Source of the DNA: Adineta vaga
Lineage: Eukaryota; Animalia; Rotifera
DNA: 64,000 nt
Assembly: GCA_021613535.1 (NCBI GenBank)
Contig: CP075496.1
Coordinates: forward strand, 11,594,001-11,658,000
Direction of reading: 5' to 3'
The first letter of the stretch is position 1; every line of letters starts with the position of its first letter. The notes below the pieces were generated by a model. It worked only from the letters and a program-made list of their open reading frames with translations, did no database searches and was not told where the DNA came from. Made by a program: the position numbers and the translations under genes. Positions 12,827 to 25,424 of the stretch are shown in pieces.

Positions 12827-14235
12827 GGTTCTGTTTTGTATAAAGAAAGTCCAAGTGACACCGACTTAAACTAAAAGAAAGAAGAAGAGAAAACGAAAAC
12901 AAATATTCTGACAATTCTCTATTGTAATCTTTCAAATAAACACTTATTGCCTGTTGGCACTGTGTACAGTATCTTTTTCGTAAGCACGGTCGAACATGCA
13001 TTCAGTCTCTCTCTCTCGCGCTCTCTCTCTCTTCCTCTGCTTCTCCTTTCTCTCCTTTCATTTTTGTTGTTTTTTCTTGATTAGAAAGCGAAAAAAAAGA
13101 AAACAACTTATAACTACATGTCTTTAATTTGAAAAAAGAGAAAAAATCAAGTATATGTTCTATCAATTGGACTGACACAGTGTATGAGACTGTGAAAAAG
13201 AGAAATAGAAATACAGAGAGAAGAGAGGAGGAGAGAGAGAGAGAAAATTGAGGAAGAGACACAGAGAGTAAAGACCTCCAAAAACATGACAAAAAGAATG
13301 ACGCTGATGCTACATATAAACATACACGTAAAACGAATCTCGAAGGTAATTCATAAATATAAAATGCATGTAAAGAAATGCGAATTCGCTCAAGCATGCC
13401 GAAATAGTGATGATAGTGACGGTGGCAAAGGTAGATATTTATGAAAAAAAAATCGAAATATAGGTAGAAGAAACAGACGAGAGAAAGAAGCATGTAACGA
13501 TCGTTTTCTTTGCATGACTTATATGTAGTGGAAAAATGAAAAAGTAATAGAAAAAAATATAGACAAAATGAAATGGACGATATGTGTGAATACATGACGT
13601 TGACAAGATGATGCGTAGGTAGATGAAATTTATGAATACAAGGAAAGATGAAAAAAAAACGTAGAAAAACATGATATGGTTATGATGATGTCATTAAGAT
13701 ATGAACTGGTCATGATCAATAATGTTGAAATATGACTAAACATAAACAATGTATATAATTATTAACAGCAATATGTCTAGATTGGTAAACAAAAATATCA
13801 AATATAATTTCTTTGAAAAATAAGTTCGTAATTATACGTAAATGAAAAAATATTTTGCTTTGTTCAACAAAGAATATACAGTATATTTGAATAAATCATG
13901 TAGTTCATTTCTTATGATCACATTGAGAAACGATCGTTTATAATTTTTCAAAAAAGAAATAAAATTCTTACTCTATAATTTCATTGATATTAGTCAATAG
14001 GTTTTGTATCAAAATATTCAACTTATTTTATTCACGAAACATAATAGAACTGACAACAGTATAAGTTACATAGCAATACTGGTATGGTTAATTATAGTCT
14101 CTTATTGATAAGACATTATGGTTATACAAGACAACGTTTATTTATTTTTCAGAGATAAAATAAACGATAAATATAGATACTAGAAAGAAATACTTTAAAT
14201 ATTGTTCATACAGATCTTTGACGTTGATTTTGCCA

Positions 14236-16185
14236 TTATTCTTCTTTGTATTCAATACGTTTTTCTTTTGGCCATTCTAATGTATATTCCAATGGCAAAC
14301 GGCAATCACCTTTTGATTTTAGAATACATTTCCATTCTAAATTATTATTATCGTTCATGGTTACTGTATAATTAGCATTCACTTGTTTTGTTCGTAAATC
14401 AGGTACAATTAATTTGACTTTAATCTTTTCATCGGATGATAATGGTACTTGATCATAAACATAAACTGTTACATCAGTTAATTTTGTATTGACAAGACGT
14501 GTTTCGCGACGAACTGTTTCGTGATGAGTTTTTGAAATTAAACCTTGAGTTTCAGTATTGCTTTTGACCGGTTTGTATTCTACTTTCACACTAGCATCAG
14601 TACCTAATGGTAAATCGAATGTATCACCCAAGCAAACATTATCAATGGTACTATTTGTAACAAAATTGTTATCCATGAAAACTGCAACTGGTCCAGCAAG
14701 AAGTTGTTTGTCTGATGTATTAGTGGTTGTTGCTTTAAGATAAGCATGAAGTGATAATTTTGGTGTAACTGCATAAACAAAGATTGAACTAAGATCGAGA
14801 ACACCTATCGTCACTTTATGTGGTTTACCCTAGAAAGAAAATAGTTTTTGCAATGAGCGAGATTTTAAAATATTCAAAAAAAAACTTACGTCAGCTTCGA
14901 TAGTTGATCGTCGAGGTATAGCAAAGCTAGAGCTTGACATACTAGCTTCGGTTGTTGTTGATAAAACGTTAACTGTGTTTGGATTTTCACTTTCTTCGGA
15001 GGTTTTTTTTAAATTGAGATCCGATCGACCGCGAAAGCTGACAAATGCTTTCGATTTTTTCGATGCTGCTCTTGGCGCCTCATCGAGTCCAGCGTAACAT
15101 AAGTTTGATGCCTGTTCAAGTCCACTTTCTGCTAAACAATCATAATCATTCCGGTAATTATATCGGGGTCGATAATAGTCAATTTTCAATGTATTTAATT
15201 TCGGTGGTGTTCCTCCAAGTGATGGAGTTGCTGTTGACAATGATAATTGTGTATCGACCCAATTCTCTTGACTTTTATTTACCTAATTTAGAGAATAGAT
15301 TATTTTATTTTATCCGAGAAATTTGTTTTTTTTTTCGTTGATACTTACGATAATACCATAATAAGTTAATTGTGTTCGTTGGATGGTAACATCATTACTA
15401 CTTACACGAACATCATAACTTGCATTCCATGAACAATTACTTATCAAATAGGATATTTCCAAATCAACATCAGCATTGCTACTACCTATATGTACTGTTA
15501 TGGTCACTTCACGACGTTCTTTTCGGCGACTGGCTTGACCTGCAGCACCATGTTCATTCATTTTCGCTTGTAATCCATCTCGTCTTTCAGTTAATTTTTT
15601 CACTTCCTTTTCTTCATCGGTCGTTTGACATCTAATTTAGATAATGTTTTACGATAAAAATCCATAAATTGACCCATCGCTTCTAAATCATTTGCTTTCA
15701 TTTCTCCATCTTGATTCATCAATTTTGATGCTCGTCCATCAAGCCATGTACGTTGTTTATTAAGACGTGCTATTTCTCGTTGATGAACAGCAATAGTTGC
15801 TTCAACTTGATGAAATTCATTTTGTAATTGTTCCAATAATGTCAGATCCGTTTCTGGTGTTGCACTTTCATAGCATGTTTGATAGGATACTTCGAGAATA
15901 GTACATGCTTTACCCGTTCCTCCACTAACATGCAGAGATGTTTGATCAACAAATGGAGAAAAACCTTCAAATACTAAATCGTAAGTACCTTCAACATCAA
16001 AATGATGTTTTAAGAGACGTGTAACTTCAGCACGATCATTATAAACCGTAACATATTGTATTGGACATTGTTGATTGATGTTAAATCGAACGATTGATGT
16101 TTTTACGGTTAGTGTTGATGATGTAGTTCTTTCCACAGGAATTGTTGGTCGCTTCTGTTGTTGTGGTTAACGTTGTTTGTTCCAT
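14236..16185 (-). pseudogene. DUF4140 + DUF4139 protein (MuiA/F37C4.5-like) with two apparent frameshifts (pseudogene or assembly error)
   Basis: Motifs 'VTVYNDRAEVTR', 'SWNASYDVRV', 'VNKSQENWVDTQLSLSTATP' and 'DQVPLSSDEKIKV'; introns 15348-15283 and 14889-14830; frame breaks near 16165 and 15628. Confidence 0.75.
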
Positions 16186-17225
16186 TCTTAGAATGAAGAA
16201 TAATCAAGTTAAAGTTTGCTCTATGCTTTATGAATAATATTGCTCTGGAGTTTTGCAATTCTCTTTTCTATTCGACATTCTTAACGTGAAATAATGTGTT
16301 GTCATGACTCATTTGAGCAACTTAGACATACGTGAAAGAAGAAAAATATGAATAAGACGAGATATTTTTCAACCTTGATGAATCATCAATGTCAAATATA
16401 TATATCGCTAATGTACAACATATTACTCATTCAAACAGATCTCTTAGCATAACCTCTAAAGTATCACGAACAAAATAATTGAAGTTAAAAAGGAAAATAC
16501 CTCTCAGATTTATGAAGAACGAGAAGAATCTATTTAAATCATTTCTATGTCATACTGGATTAGTTGATTGAAAATAACATCACTATTTATTCCTCCCAGA
16601 TTACTATTCTCGTATTTTTTTTCTGGATATAGATGATTACAACTAGTCAATACATACAAAATATTTTCTCATAATTACCAGATGGCGTTGTTAAACATAA
16701 CAAGTATATTTATATGGTTTAGTACCCACTCTTATTTGTATGTTGATCTAAGTCCTCACACACATTCTAAGCGATGAAATACCATTATAAAATATGCTGA
16801 CATTTTCACGTACACATACTTCTCTAATATACAATTATTCATTTTGATGAAAAAGGTTTATATGGAATGAATCATCACAAAAAATCGTTTTCTATTCTTG
16901 TCCATGGATAATCTAACACAAATTTTATTCGACGAAATTTTTTGATCTTTCATCTCCCTATCTATAGGAATTTCATGCAATATTCTTTCAGCTGTTTTAT
17001 TCTGTATTGATGATATGTCATTTATTTGATTATTCTTTCATGATCAAGATGATCACTAATTAATCATTTAATGAACATCTGCAATGAACATTGCCTAATG
17101 ATCAAACAAATTGTCTATTATCAATGCCGCTGATACGGTCATCGTTGTCTCTCTTTATGCATATATATATATTCAGAATCATTAGTCGATAGCTAACATT
17201 CATATTCATCTCGGTAAATCATTAA

Positions 17226-17911
17226 ATGGCTTGTATTACACCAACTCGTCAATTAGAAACAAGTACTGATCGTCTTCTTAGACGAGTACATCTATGTACA
17301 GAACGTAGTTTTGAACGAACACCTGTTCGACATCGAACTTCCAAACGAAAAACGGTTCAATTATTATCATCAACACTTTCATCTGGTATTACATTGTTGA
17401 GTGTTGGTGATCGTACATTGATTGGTGATTATACTGTTAGTGAAAATTCATTATTATCACTTGATAGAACATTAACTGAAAATAATAATCAAAAGGTAAG
17501 TCAAGATAATATAGGATCGTTTTTTGATGAAACAGTTTTTGTCGATTTTAGAGCATACATAATGATACGACTAGTACCACACCTTGGGAAGTAATCGATA
17601 GTATTCACAGTGATCGATCGAACTTTAGTATTATAACAATGAATCAATCTAATGCATCACAAGTTACTGTTATCAGTAAACGATCCGCAAAAGGTAAAGT
17701 AACTTGAATAGTATGCGATAAAGATGTTTGAAAAAAATTTATTCTTATAGCACCAAGTCGACCTCAATCATTTTTGACACGTATTTTGAAACCGTCATTA
17801 TCAAAACCGTCAACAACAGGAGTGAAATTTATGAACCGTTGTGTACGTGATATTGATCGTTTGAATGATACATTTGGCCAAGAATGGATAACTCTACCAA
17901 ATTTTGTATAG
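17226..17911 (+). CDS. Uncharacterised Ser/Thr/Arg-rich protein; exons 17226-17494, 17552-17693, 17751-17911
   Basis: Phase-compatible GT-AG introns; product ends ...FGQEWITLPNFV*. Confidence 0.65.
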
Positions 17912-18487
17912 AATAGAATAGTTCGTCTGTTTTTGTCGAAATATATTTTATTTTAATTGTCTTTAATAAAAAATAACTATACTATATATATATGCGTTTT
18001 ACATTGCGTTCCAGAGAGAGATCTAATAAAGAACATCACGTAATGAAAATAAGAAAACCACAACCTATAGAAGACATGACTGAAAGAAACTTATAGCAAT
18101 GAATTCCGATAGTAATCTCTGATGATTTCGGTTAACAATATACTGACTGTTTTTTGGTATTTATTGAACAGATGATGTCATTACACCATCATCAAAATAT
18201 TGACATTAAATCTATTTTAAAGAGATTACGAGATATTCTTATCAAACCAGGTTAGAAATGATAACAATTCTTTTTTGAATTTGTAACCTGACATTTAATC
18301 CGATTTATAGTAAATAGATCTATATTCGAAAGCTTTTAATGACAAATTCGATAGACATAGTATGCTCATATCTGCGTTATAATAGTATCATCCATTTTTT
18401 GAAACAACTTATCTTTATTAATAAGCTTAATTTAAGGTTAAAAAGAAGTTCTAGTACACAGGTCTAGAGGTTAACAATATGGTATGT

Positions 18488-20755
18488 TTAGTCGTTGCTA
18501 CGAAGTCGCTGGATCCATTGTTCAGTTTTTTGTCGATCAAGATGTTCTTGAGAAACAATTTGTTCGTAGATAGCTAGAGCATGTTCGTAATATTTTAATG
18601 CCATTTTGGATTGGCTCAGTTTCTTATAAGTAGCTCCGATATTTGCCAAGTTGTGTGCAATTTTAATATGGTTATGTGACAAAAATTGTTCCTTCATTTT
18701 AAGTGATCTTTCGAAATAATCTAAAGCACGATCATATTCATATTGATCGAAATAAACAAGACCAATTTTATGAAGACTATGAGCAATATCGAGATGCTCA
18801 GTGACGTAAGTTTTCTCCTGTATACGAAGTGCTCGTTGATGAAGATCAAACGCTTCCTTGATATTTCCCTGCATTCGAAGAATAGCACCGATGTGATTGA
18901 GGCTCCACGCAATAAAAGCATGATCACTAGGATAATACTTTTCTTGAATTTCGAGCGCTTGACGATGAAGATTCAGCGCTTCATCGTATTTTTCTTGTTT
19001 TTGAAAGACACGAGCAATGTTATTCAAATTCCAAGCAATATCTGCATGGTCAGGTGGTAGAAATTTCTCCTGCATGGTAAATGCTCGTTGATAATATTCG
19101 AGGGCTTCAGCATACTTTTCTTGAGCTCGACAGATAGAACCAATACAGTTGAGAGTCCAAGCAATGCCAAGATGACCATTGGGATAGAATTTTTCCTGTA
19201 TGGTGAGTGATCTTTGATAGTAATCTAGAGCTTCATTATGTTTACCCTGTCTATACAAAATGACGCCAATACTACGAAGGACAGTCGCTGAATCTTTGAG
19301 ACGTGATGGTTTAGCATTCACCATTCGATCATATACACTGTCATACCATTTTCTCGCATTAAACCAATCACATTTCCAAATAAAAGCTCGACCAATGTTG
19401 AATTCAATCCATGCGAGATCTTCTCCATTAGGGTCAGCTAATAATTTCTGAAAATATCTCAATGATTTGTCATACTGACCGCTACTGCACATCAATCTAC
19501 CAATTAAAATAACAACACTCTTCTCTTTCACTTCTTCTCGTTGTAAATCAAGGTATTGCTTGATGATTGATTGTGATTCATTTGACGCACTCATGTTTAT
19601 CAACCATAATGTTTCTTCTTGTTGAATGCTGTCAATGTGAAAGGTAGCACTAAGATTAAATAAAACTTCTTCTTCTTGAGGATATTCACTGAATTTTGCA
19701 ATGTCAGCAAAGATAACACTTTGATCTAGTTCCTGAATATTACATTGAATAGCAAAGAGTACTGCTACGACATCGACGCGCCTGGTAGGTTTTTTGGCAA
19801 ACGATGATGCTCTGGAACGGGAGCGGCTTGCCGACAAAAATCCATTTATAGAAATAAGTTTACCTTCGTTTTGCATGATCTTATCAAAATCTTCCATAGT
19901 TAGTTTTGCTCCACGGAAGACAGTTAGTATCTTTTCTTCAGAATGTAGCATATTTTGATGTTCGCGCTCGAGACTTTTCGAGAGATCGCTAACAAAAATG
20001 CGGAGTGTATGTAATTGATCGATATCTTCACTTCTTAAAGCTTTATTGACCAATTTGTAGACAAATGATTGCTTCGAATACCATTTAATTGCATGTTCAG
20101 GTTGATAATCTTGTTCAAACTCATCAATAAGCTTTTGTTCATTGGAATTACCACGATAATAGTGACGACATGTATCAATCATCTCCTGTTTGGCCTGTAA
20201 ATTTCCTGGTAAACGAACAATCAAATCTTTGAAAAGTTGATACCAAAGAAATTCACCCGATTGTTTCGATAAATCTTTGATTGCTCGTTGATGTTGATCG
20301 AAGAAACTAAATGTTTCCAATTGTTTATTGACTAGATTAATCTGTTCTAGAATCGAGATACATAACGACTTGCGATCAACAAAAATATCGATGACTTTAG
20401 AATATTTATTAAGAAGATCTTTGTATTTCGTTTTTTTAATACAAAAGATGAATATCGAATCTATTTGAGAAAGTTCATGTACACGTATCAATAATTCAGA
20501 TGCATGTGCACCAGAGGTAATTAAGAAAATTTTTTCCTCACTGATTGATTGAATATATGCGACACATTCACTAATTTCAGTATGAAATATAACATAATCA
20601 TTGATTCGACGAAGTTGTTCTTTTGTTCGTTCAGTGTCTTCACGTAGACCAAGCGCAGGATCGAACCAGATGAGAGTAATACTTTCTTTGTTCTCGGTAA
20701 TATGCTCGTCCATGATAGATTTCTGCCTTACGTATGTCGAATCTGAATAAATCAT
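18488..20755 (-). CDS. Receiver-like + ADP-ribosyltransferase (R-S-E clade) + TPR-repeat protein, intronless
   Basis: 755-aa ORF; ART motifs 'TVFRG', 'GFLSAS' and 'YPQEEEVLF'; about eight TPRs, mostly of the 42-aa kinesin-light-chain type ('IAWTLNCIG..YAEALEYYQRA'). Confidence 0.9.
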   Translation of the reverse strand: MIYSDSTYVRQKSIMDEHITENKESITLIWFDPALGLREDTERTKEQLRRINDYVIFHTEISECVAYIQSISEEKIFLITSGAHASELLIRVHELSQIDSIFIFCIKKTKYKDLLNKYSKVIDIFVDRKSLCISILEQINLVNKQLETFSFFDQHQRAIKDLSKQSGEFLWYQLFKDLIVRLPGNLQAKQEMIDTCRHYYRGNSNEQKLIDEFEQDYQPEHAIKWYSKQSFVYKLVNKALRSEDIDQLHTLRIFVSDLSKSLEREHQNMLHSEEKILTVFRGAKLTMEDFDKIMQNEGKLISINGFLSASRSRSRASSFAKKPTRRVDVVAVLFAIQCNIQELDQSVIFADIAKFSEYPQEEEVLFNLSATFHIDSIQQEETLWLINMSASNESQSIIKQYLDLQREEVKEKSVVILIGRLMCSSGQYDKSLRYFQKLLADPNGEDLAWIEFNIGRAFIWKCDWFNARKWYDSVYDRMVNAKPSRLKDSATVLRSIGVILYRQGKHNEALDYYQRSLTIQEKFYPNGHLGIAWTLNCIGSICRAQEKYAEALEYYQRAFTMQEKFLPPDHADIAWNLNNIARVFQKQEKYDEALNLHRQALEIQEKYYPSDHAFIAWSLNHIGAILRMQGNIKEAFDLHQRALRIQEKTYVTEHLDIAHSLHKIGLVYFDQYEYDRALDYFERSLKMKEQFLSHNHIKIAHNLANIGATYKKLSQSKMALKYYEHALAIYEQIVSQEHLDRQKTEQWIQRLRSND

Positions 20756-22587
20756 TTTTAGATTAAATGATTGAATTTACGCTTGTAGAGTAACCAATGA
20801 CTATAGGACGATAATTCACTTGTAAAAAGTTTTTTTTTCTTTCACTGTAATATGCAGAATACTTGAAAAAAATCCGTATTAATATAGAACTATAGCAGTC
20901 AAATTCTGCTTACTCTATTTATTTTTATTCTTCCTCGCCAAGATTTTTGCTGTTGTTTCGACGTTTTTTGCAACGGTAAGCGTTGACAGATAGAAGTAAA
21001 TAATGTGAAAAGTTAAGCTATTATTCTTTGCATTCTCCGAAACCATGATATCAATGAATAGTGAAGTGATATACGTATAAAAAGAACCATAAAAAAAAAC
21101 TTTTAATCTTCGAGGGATATCGAAAAAAACACTTAAAAAACTTGGAAGAAACAAATGAGAGAAAGCACAAATTATTTTGCATGATTGAAGAGAACCATTG
21201 AAATAAAATGTGTTGAATGAATGAATGAAATCTCAAGAATTTTCGAAGAATTTCAAGTCTTAGTTAATATCTGTATTACCGTTACTCACGACATAATATA
21301 TTTACGATAAAATTTTAACTACATGTAACATTTAATACTTCAAAACATTTGCTTTTACATATGCAAAAACTTTAATTGATTAATTTTGTTTTTAATATTA
21401 CTCTTCCAAAAATTATTACTTTCTTGCATTCTTTCCTTAGACGTACTATTGTTTTCGTTTTGTCTTTACCATTCTTTGTTAGTTACTTTCGTACTTTATA
21501 TACTCTTTTCGTTTATGTAGAATGATTTGTATTCATTGTCAACTAAAGCAACATTCATTTTCCAATATGTGACGATAACGTCATAGTTGCATACAGTGAT
21601 GATACAAATTTTGTAGTTATGCTTGATGGTGACGCAGTCGTTAAAAAATAGGCAATATGAGTCGTTGCATCGACATGTCTAGTAATGGATGATAATAATA
21701 ATAATAATCAACAAAATCAAGAAGGCCCTATGGACGAAAAGAGTGATGAACAAGAATCAACTGTGCGGTAATGAGTTGTTCCTTTGTATATTAGACTTGA
21801 ATTTGCATATTTTCATATATTTGACGTGATGCAATATGTATGAAAGATAAATTCATAACAGTTTATATTCGACAAGAAAATATTGCAAGAACTAACACAA
21901 AAGGTATAGAGAACTGTAAACATTTTTAGGTAAAAGAATATGAAGAACAAAAGAAAGAAATAACAATAACAATAAATGTTTACTAACTGATCGTAGTCGT
22001 TTAATTCCTCTTCTAGATTCGAGTCGTATCTATGAAAATTGTAGGAAACATCGGTAAAATGTAATGATCGATCTGTAATTTTCGTCTGGCGTTGATCAAA
22101 TAAACTATGAATGTCGCTTTGTTAAATTTGTACACTCGATATTGATATTTGGGGCAAGAAAAACATAATGCGTCAAGGTGAAACCATTGATTCATCAGTG
22201 ACGTAACTTTCTTGAAAAATAAACAAGAAAGTCGGTATTTTGAAAATACTTTCACACATTGACGCATTTAAACATACTCAATAAAGGTGAATGTGGATGA
22301 TTCTTGCAGTCATCATCAATATTCCCTTGTTTTTTCGTCCTCAACGTCCATAGCCCCTATTTTTTGTCCTCATCCTCAAGTTATTTAAATCATTCACTGA
22401 TTTTGTATATGACTAATTTTGTTGCAAGTGATCCGTGAAAGTGCGCACTGAAAACGAATCTATGATCGTCCAGTATAAATATATAGTTTTTATTTATTAC
22501 TTTCTCAAACGTATAATACATAACTTATCTGGATTGAAAACATTCTACAAATACACTAACAAATAATTCTCCCAAATTTTTGGTAAC

Positions 22588-23424
22588 ATGCCATTAAAAT
22601 TCGTTATTTACACCACCCTCTTCTTCGCATATACGTTGAATTCGTATACTTATGGAGATGCATATTTTTCTGGCTCAGCTCCAAATGTAACAGGTCTCAC
22701 TCCAGATTTTTCTATCTTCAGAACAACTTCATTGTTTAACAGTCCTATTACCATCTCATTAACAGTCTATCAACGTCCAGTGAATAATACATTAAAAGAA
22801 ACATTACGAATAATTGATGGTAATACAACTATCAATTCTACGGGTCTTTGTATCGGTTATGGTGTTTCTTTTCAATTTTTGGGACAATATCCCATAATAA
22901 ACGATGCAGTAACTGGAAACGGTGGTTGTGATGCAATATTGGGGAAGGAATGCTCAGACAATATTCGTTCTTCAATACAACAATCACTGAAGTCTATCAC
23001 TGAAATCGCCTGTGGAGTGAATATAAACACTCTTTTGAATATACCACAAGGATGTATTAACAAAAATTCAAATAATGCTTTTGTAAGTTCGAACTTCCTT
23101 ACTAATGGTTCATTCATGATCGATCAGTCGTCAGCATCGAACTCAACCGTACCATGGATATACGATCTAAGTGCCACATCAACTACGAATGATTATAATG
23201 AACTAATGAAATATTTCGTTTTGGTATATTTTCTTGGACGACCATATTCATCTGGTATTATTGATTCGGCTATTGTCTGCTTGTCGACATACAATAAAAC
23301 AGCAGACCCAATGAACAATCAAACATCGACTCAAGCTAACGGTTTTGCAATACCAACTTTCGATAGTAAATTCCATCTAGTCTTCTTAATACTATCGTAT
23401 TTCATTTCTTTTCCGGTTTTATAA
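22588..23424 (+). CDS. Secreted, probably GPI-anchored Cys-containing glycoprotein, intronless
   Basis: N-terminal signal-like hydrophobic stretch, many N-x-S/T sequons, six Cys, polar spacer followed by a hydrophobic C-terminus. Confidence 0.75.
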   Translation: MPLKFVIYTTLFFAYTLNSYTYGDAYFSGSAPNVTGLTPDFSIFRTTSLFNSPITISLTVYQRPVNNTLKETLRIIDGNTTINSTGLCIGYGVSFQFLGQYPIINDAVTGNGGCDAILGKECSDNIRSSIQQSLKSITEIACGVNINTLLNIPQGCINKNSNNAFVSSNFLTNGSFMIDQSSASNSTVPWIYDLSATSTTNDYNELMKYFVLVYFLGRPYSSGIIDSAIVCLSTYNKTADPMNNQTSTQANGFAIPTFDSKFHLVFLILSYFISFPVL

Positions 23425-23597
23425 AATATAAAATAGAACTCTTTCTTCAATTAATATTAAAAAAATAATCTAATTTCTTATCCGGATTGTATATTGAATG
23501 ATAATGTTGAAAAACAGATTTATATCAAGGGAAAGTAATAAAGCTATATTATTACAAACGAACTAATAAACTAAAGAAACAGAAAAGAAATTTGCAA

Positions 23598-24426
23598 TTA
23601 AGAAATCATCAAACAATCAGTTGGAATAAATCCTTCATCACTTTGTTCATTTCGTACCCAAATCCAGTGTGGATGTGTTGAACGAAGTACCTGAATTAAT
23701 TCATATTTCTTTATAGTTAAATCTTGATGAAATGTTGCTGTATACGTTTTTGTTACTGAATACCATCGATCGATCATTGTTGATGTCAATGGTCCCATTT
23801 GGTCGTCCTCGTCATCAGCAATGATCGTTTGATTAGTATCAGATCCAATACGACGACTACTTTCTGCTAATGGTATGTATTCGGAAAGTGTTTCATCGAG
23901 AAATAATTCTGATCGATCAGTTGTTAATAGATTATGTGAAATATAATTGATGATCGATGGATCACACCTTAAATGATACGATTTTGGTAGAGATGTTGCC
24001 ATCGATTGGTTAAATAATAAAGTTGATGATGATAATGAACAGTGTGAGAAATTACTTAATGCTGACACACCGGAATCTATTGAATCACCGCTAATCGATG
24101 AGATTGTGTCATCTGAAGTCATCTATAACATAATATCAACAATGATATTGTTCAATGAATTTGAGTAAAGACATACATTATTCGATGATGTTCGTTTGTT
24201 ATTATGATGAGTTTTTCGTAAGGAAAGACGACAATTTGATTTTGAACGAATAGTCGAAGATGTTTCTAGAATTGAAATATGAATAATAGAAACTACTCAG
24301 ATGATAAATACATACTTTGAATAGCTTTGAAAAGTATCTTTTTCATTTGATGTAAACGATCATATATTTTTGCTGTTGTTTCTTCCATTTTTTGTTGAGT
24401 TGTATATTCACTGATTTCACTTTCAT
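23598..24426 (-). CDS. Ser-rich protein with a C-terminal SH3 domain, 3 exons
   Basis: 'YSVTKTYTATFHQDLTIKKYELIQVL..HWIWVRNEQSDEGFIPTDCL' is SH3-like; first exon MKVKSVNIQLNKKW. Confidence 0.75.
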
Positions 24427-25424
24427 ACATTTGACTATGACAAGTTTAGAAATATATGTTGTTTTCTTTTCTCAATGATAGATATATGATCAAGATTATA
24501 ATCTGATGTTTGACACTTTTTTGTTTAATTGACCTATTTCAGATAATCTATTCACCTTTCTCTTTCTGTGTTGTTTTATTGGACATTCTTGCCTATTGGC
24601 TATGTTTACATTTAGTCCTATTTCGATTAATTAATGAACTCATTTAGTATGGTCGTTATTTTGTTTGATGATAACTCACGGTGAGAAGGATGAAGATATC
24701 GAACTGTTGACATCAAGCAATACTTCATTATTCATTTGTTCAACTCAAATATTGCAGCATGAGAAAAAAGTTTGTTATTTCATGTTTTGATCGTATTGTA
24801 TAGACAAGACTATTATTCAAAATAGAAGATTTGATTATGTATCATAAATTCAATAAATTCAACAGTTGTAAACTGGAATCGTGTCAAAAGAACAAATTTA
24901 TTATACATACTGACGATTTACAATCGAAAAATAAGAAATCAATCGACACAAATCTCTATAGCGTATCTATTCAGAATATTAGGAAGAAAAAGATTAATAT
25001 GTAAACAAATATACAATTAAGTTATCAGATTTTATCAACTATTCATTGTTTATTTTTATAGTGTAACAAGTCAGTAATTCATCGAAGGAATAAAATTAAG
25101 AAAACAGTTCTACTCAATTATTAAATAGAATGATATAAATACCAGTTGTTTTTCTAGTACAAAAGTAATGCAAAGTACTGAATGTACGATCATTCAACCT
25201 TTGCATTCGAAAATCTTAAAGTATTCTTTGTGAATTTTATTAACTCATAGAAAAATCTATCGATAACAATCTCGTTAAGAAGCAATATCTTCAAATCACA
25301 GTACATGCATTTATTCATTCATACGAAGCAAAAAATCTGAAGCAAAACCGAACAATTTTTTTAAAGAAAAACTAAGTTCATTTAGAGACAATTGTTCAAG
25401 ATTGTAATATTCTTTATCGAAATT

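Noticed and set aside
11041-13672. Many overlapping F/L/S- or K/R/E-rich ORFs in the track
   Set aside because: Artefacts of GA/CT low-complexity non-coding sequence
24340-24430. Frameshift in the first exon of the SH3 gene
   Set aside because: ATG at 24426 gives an uninterrupted frame
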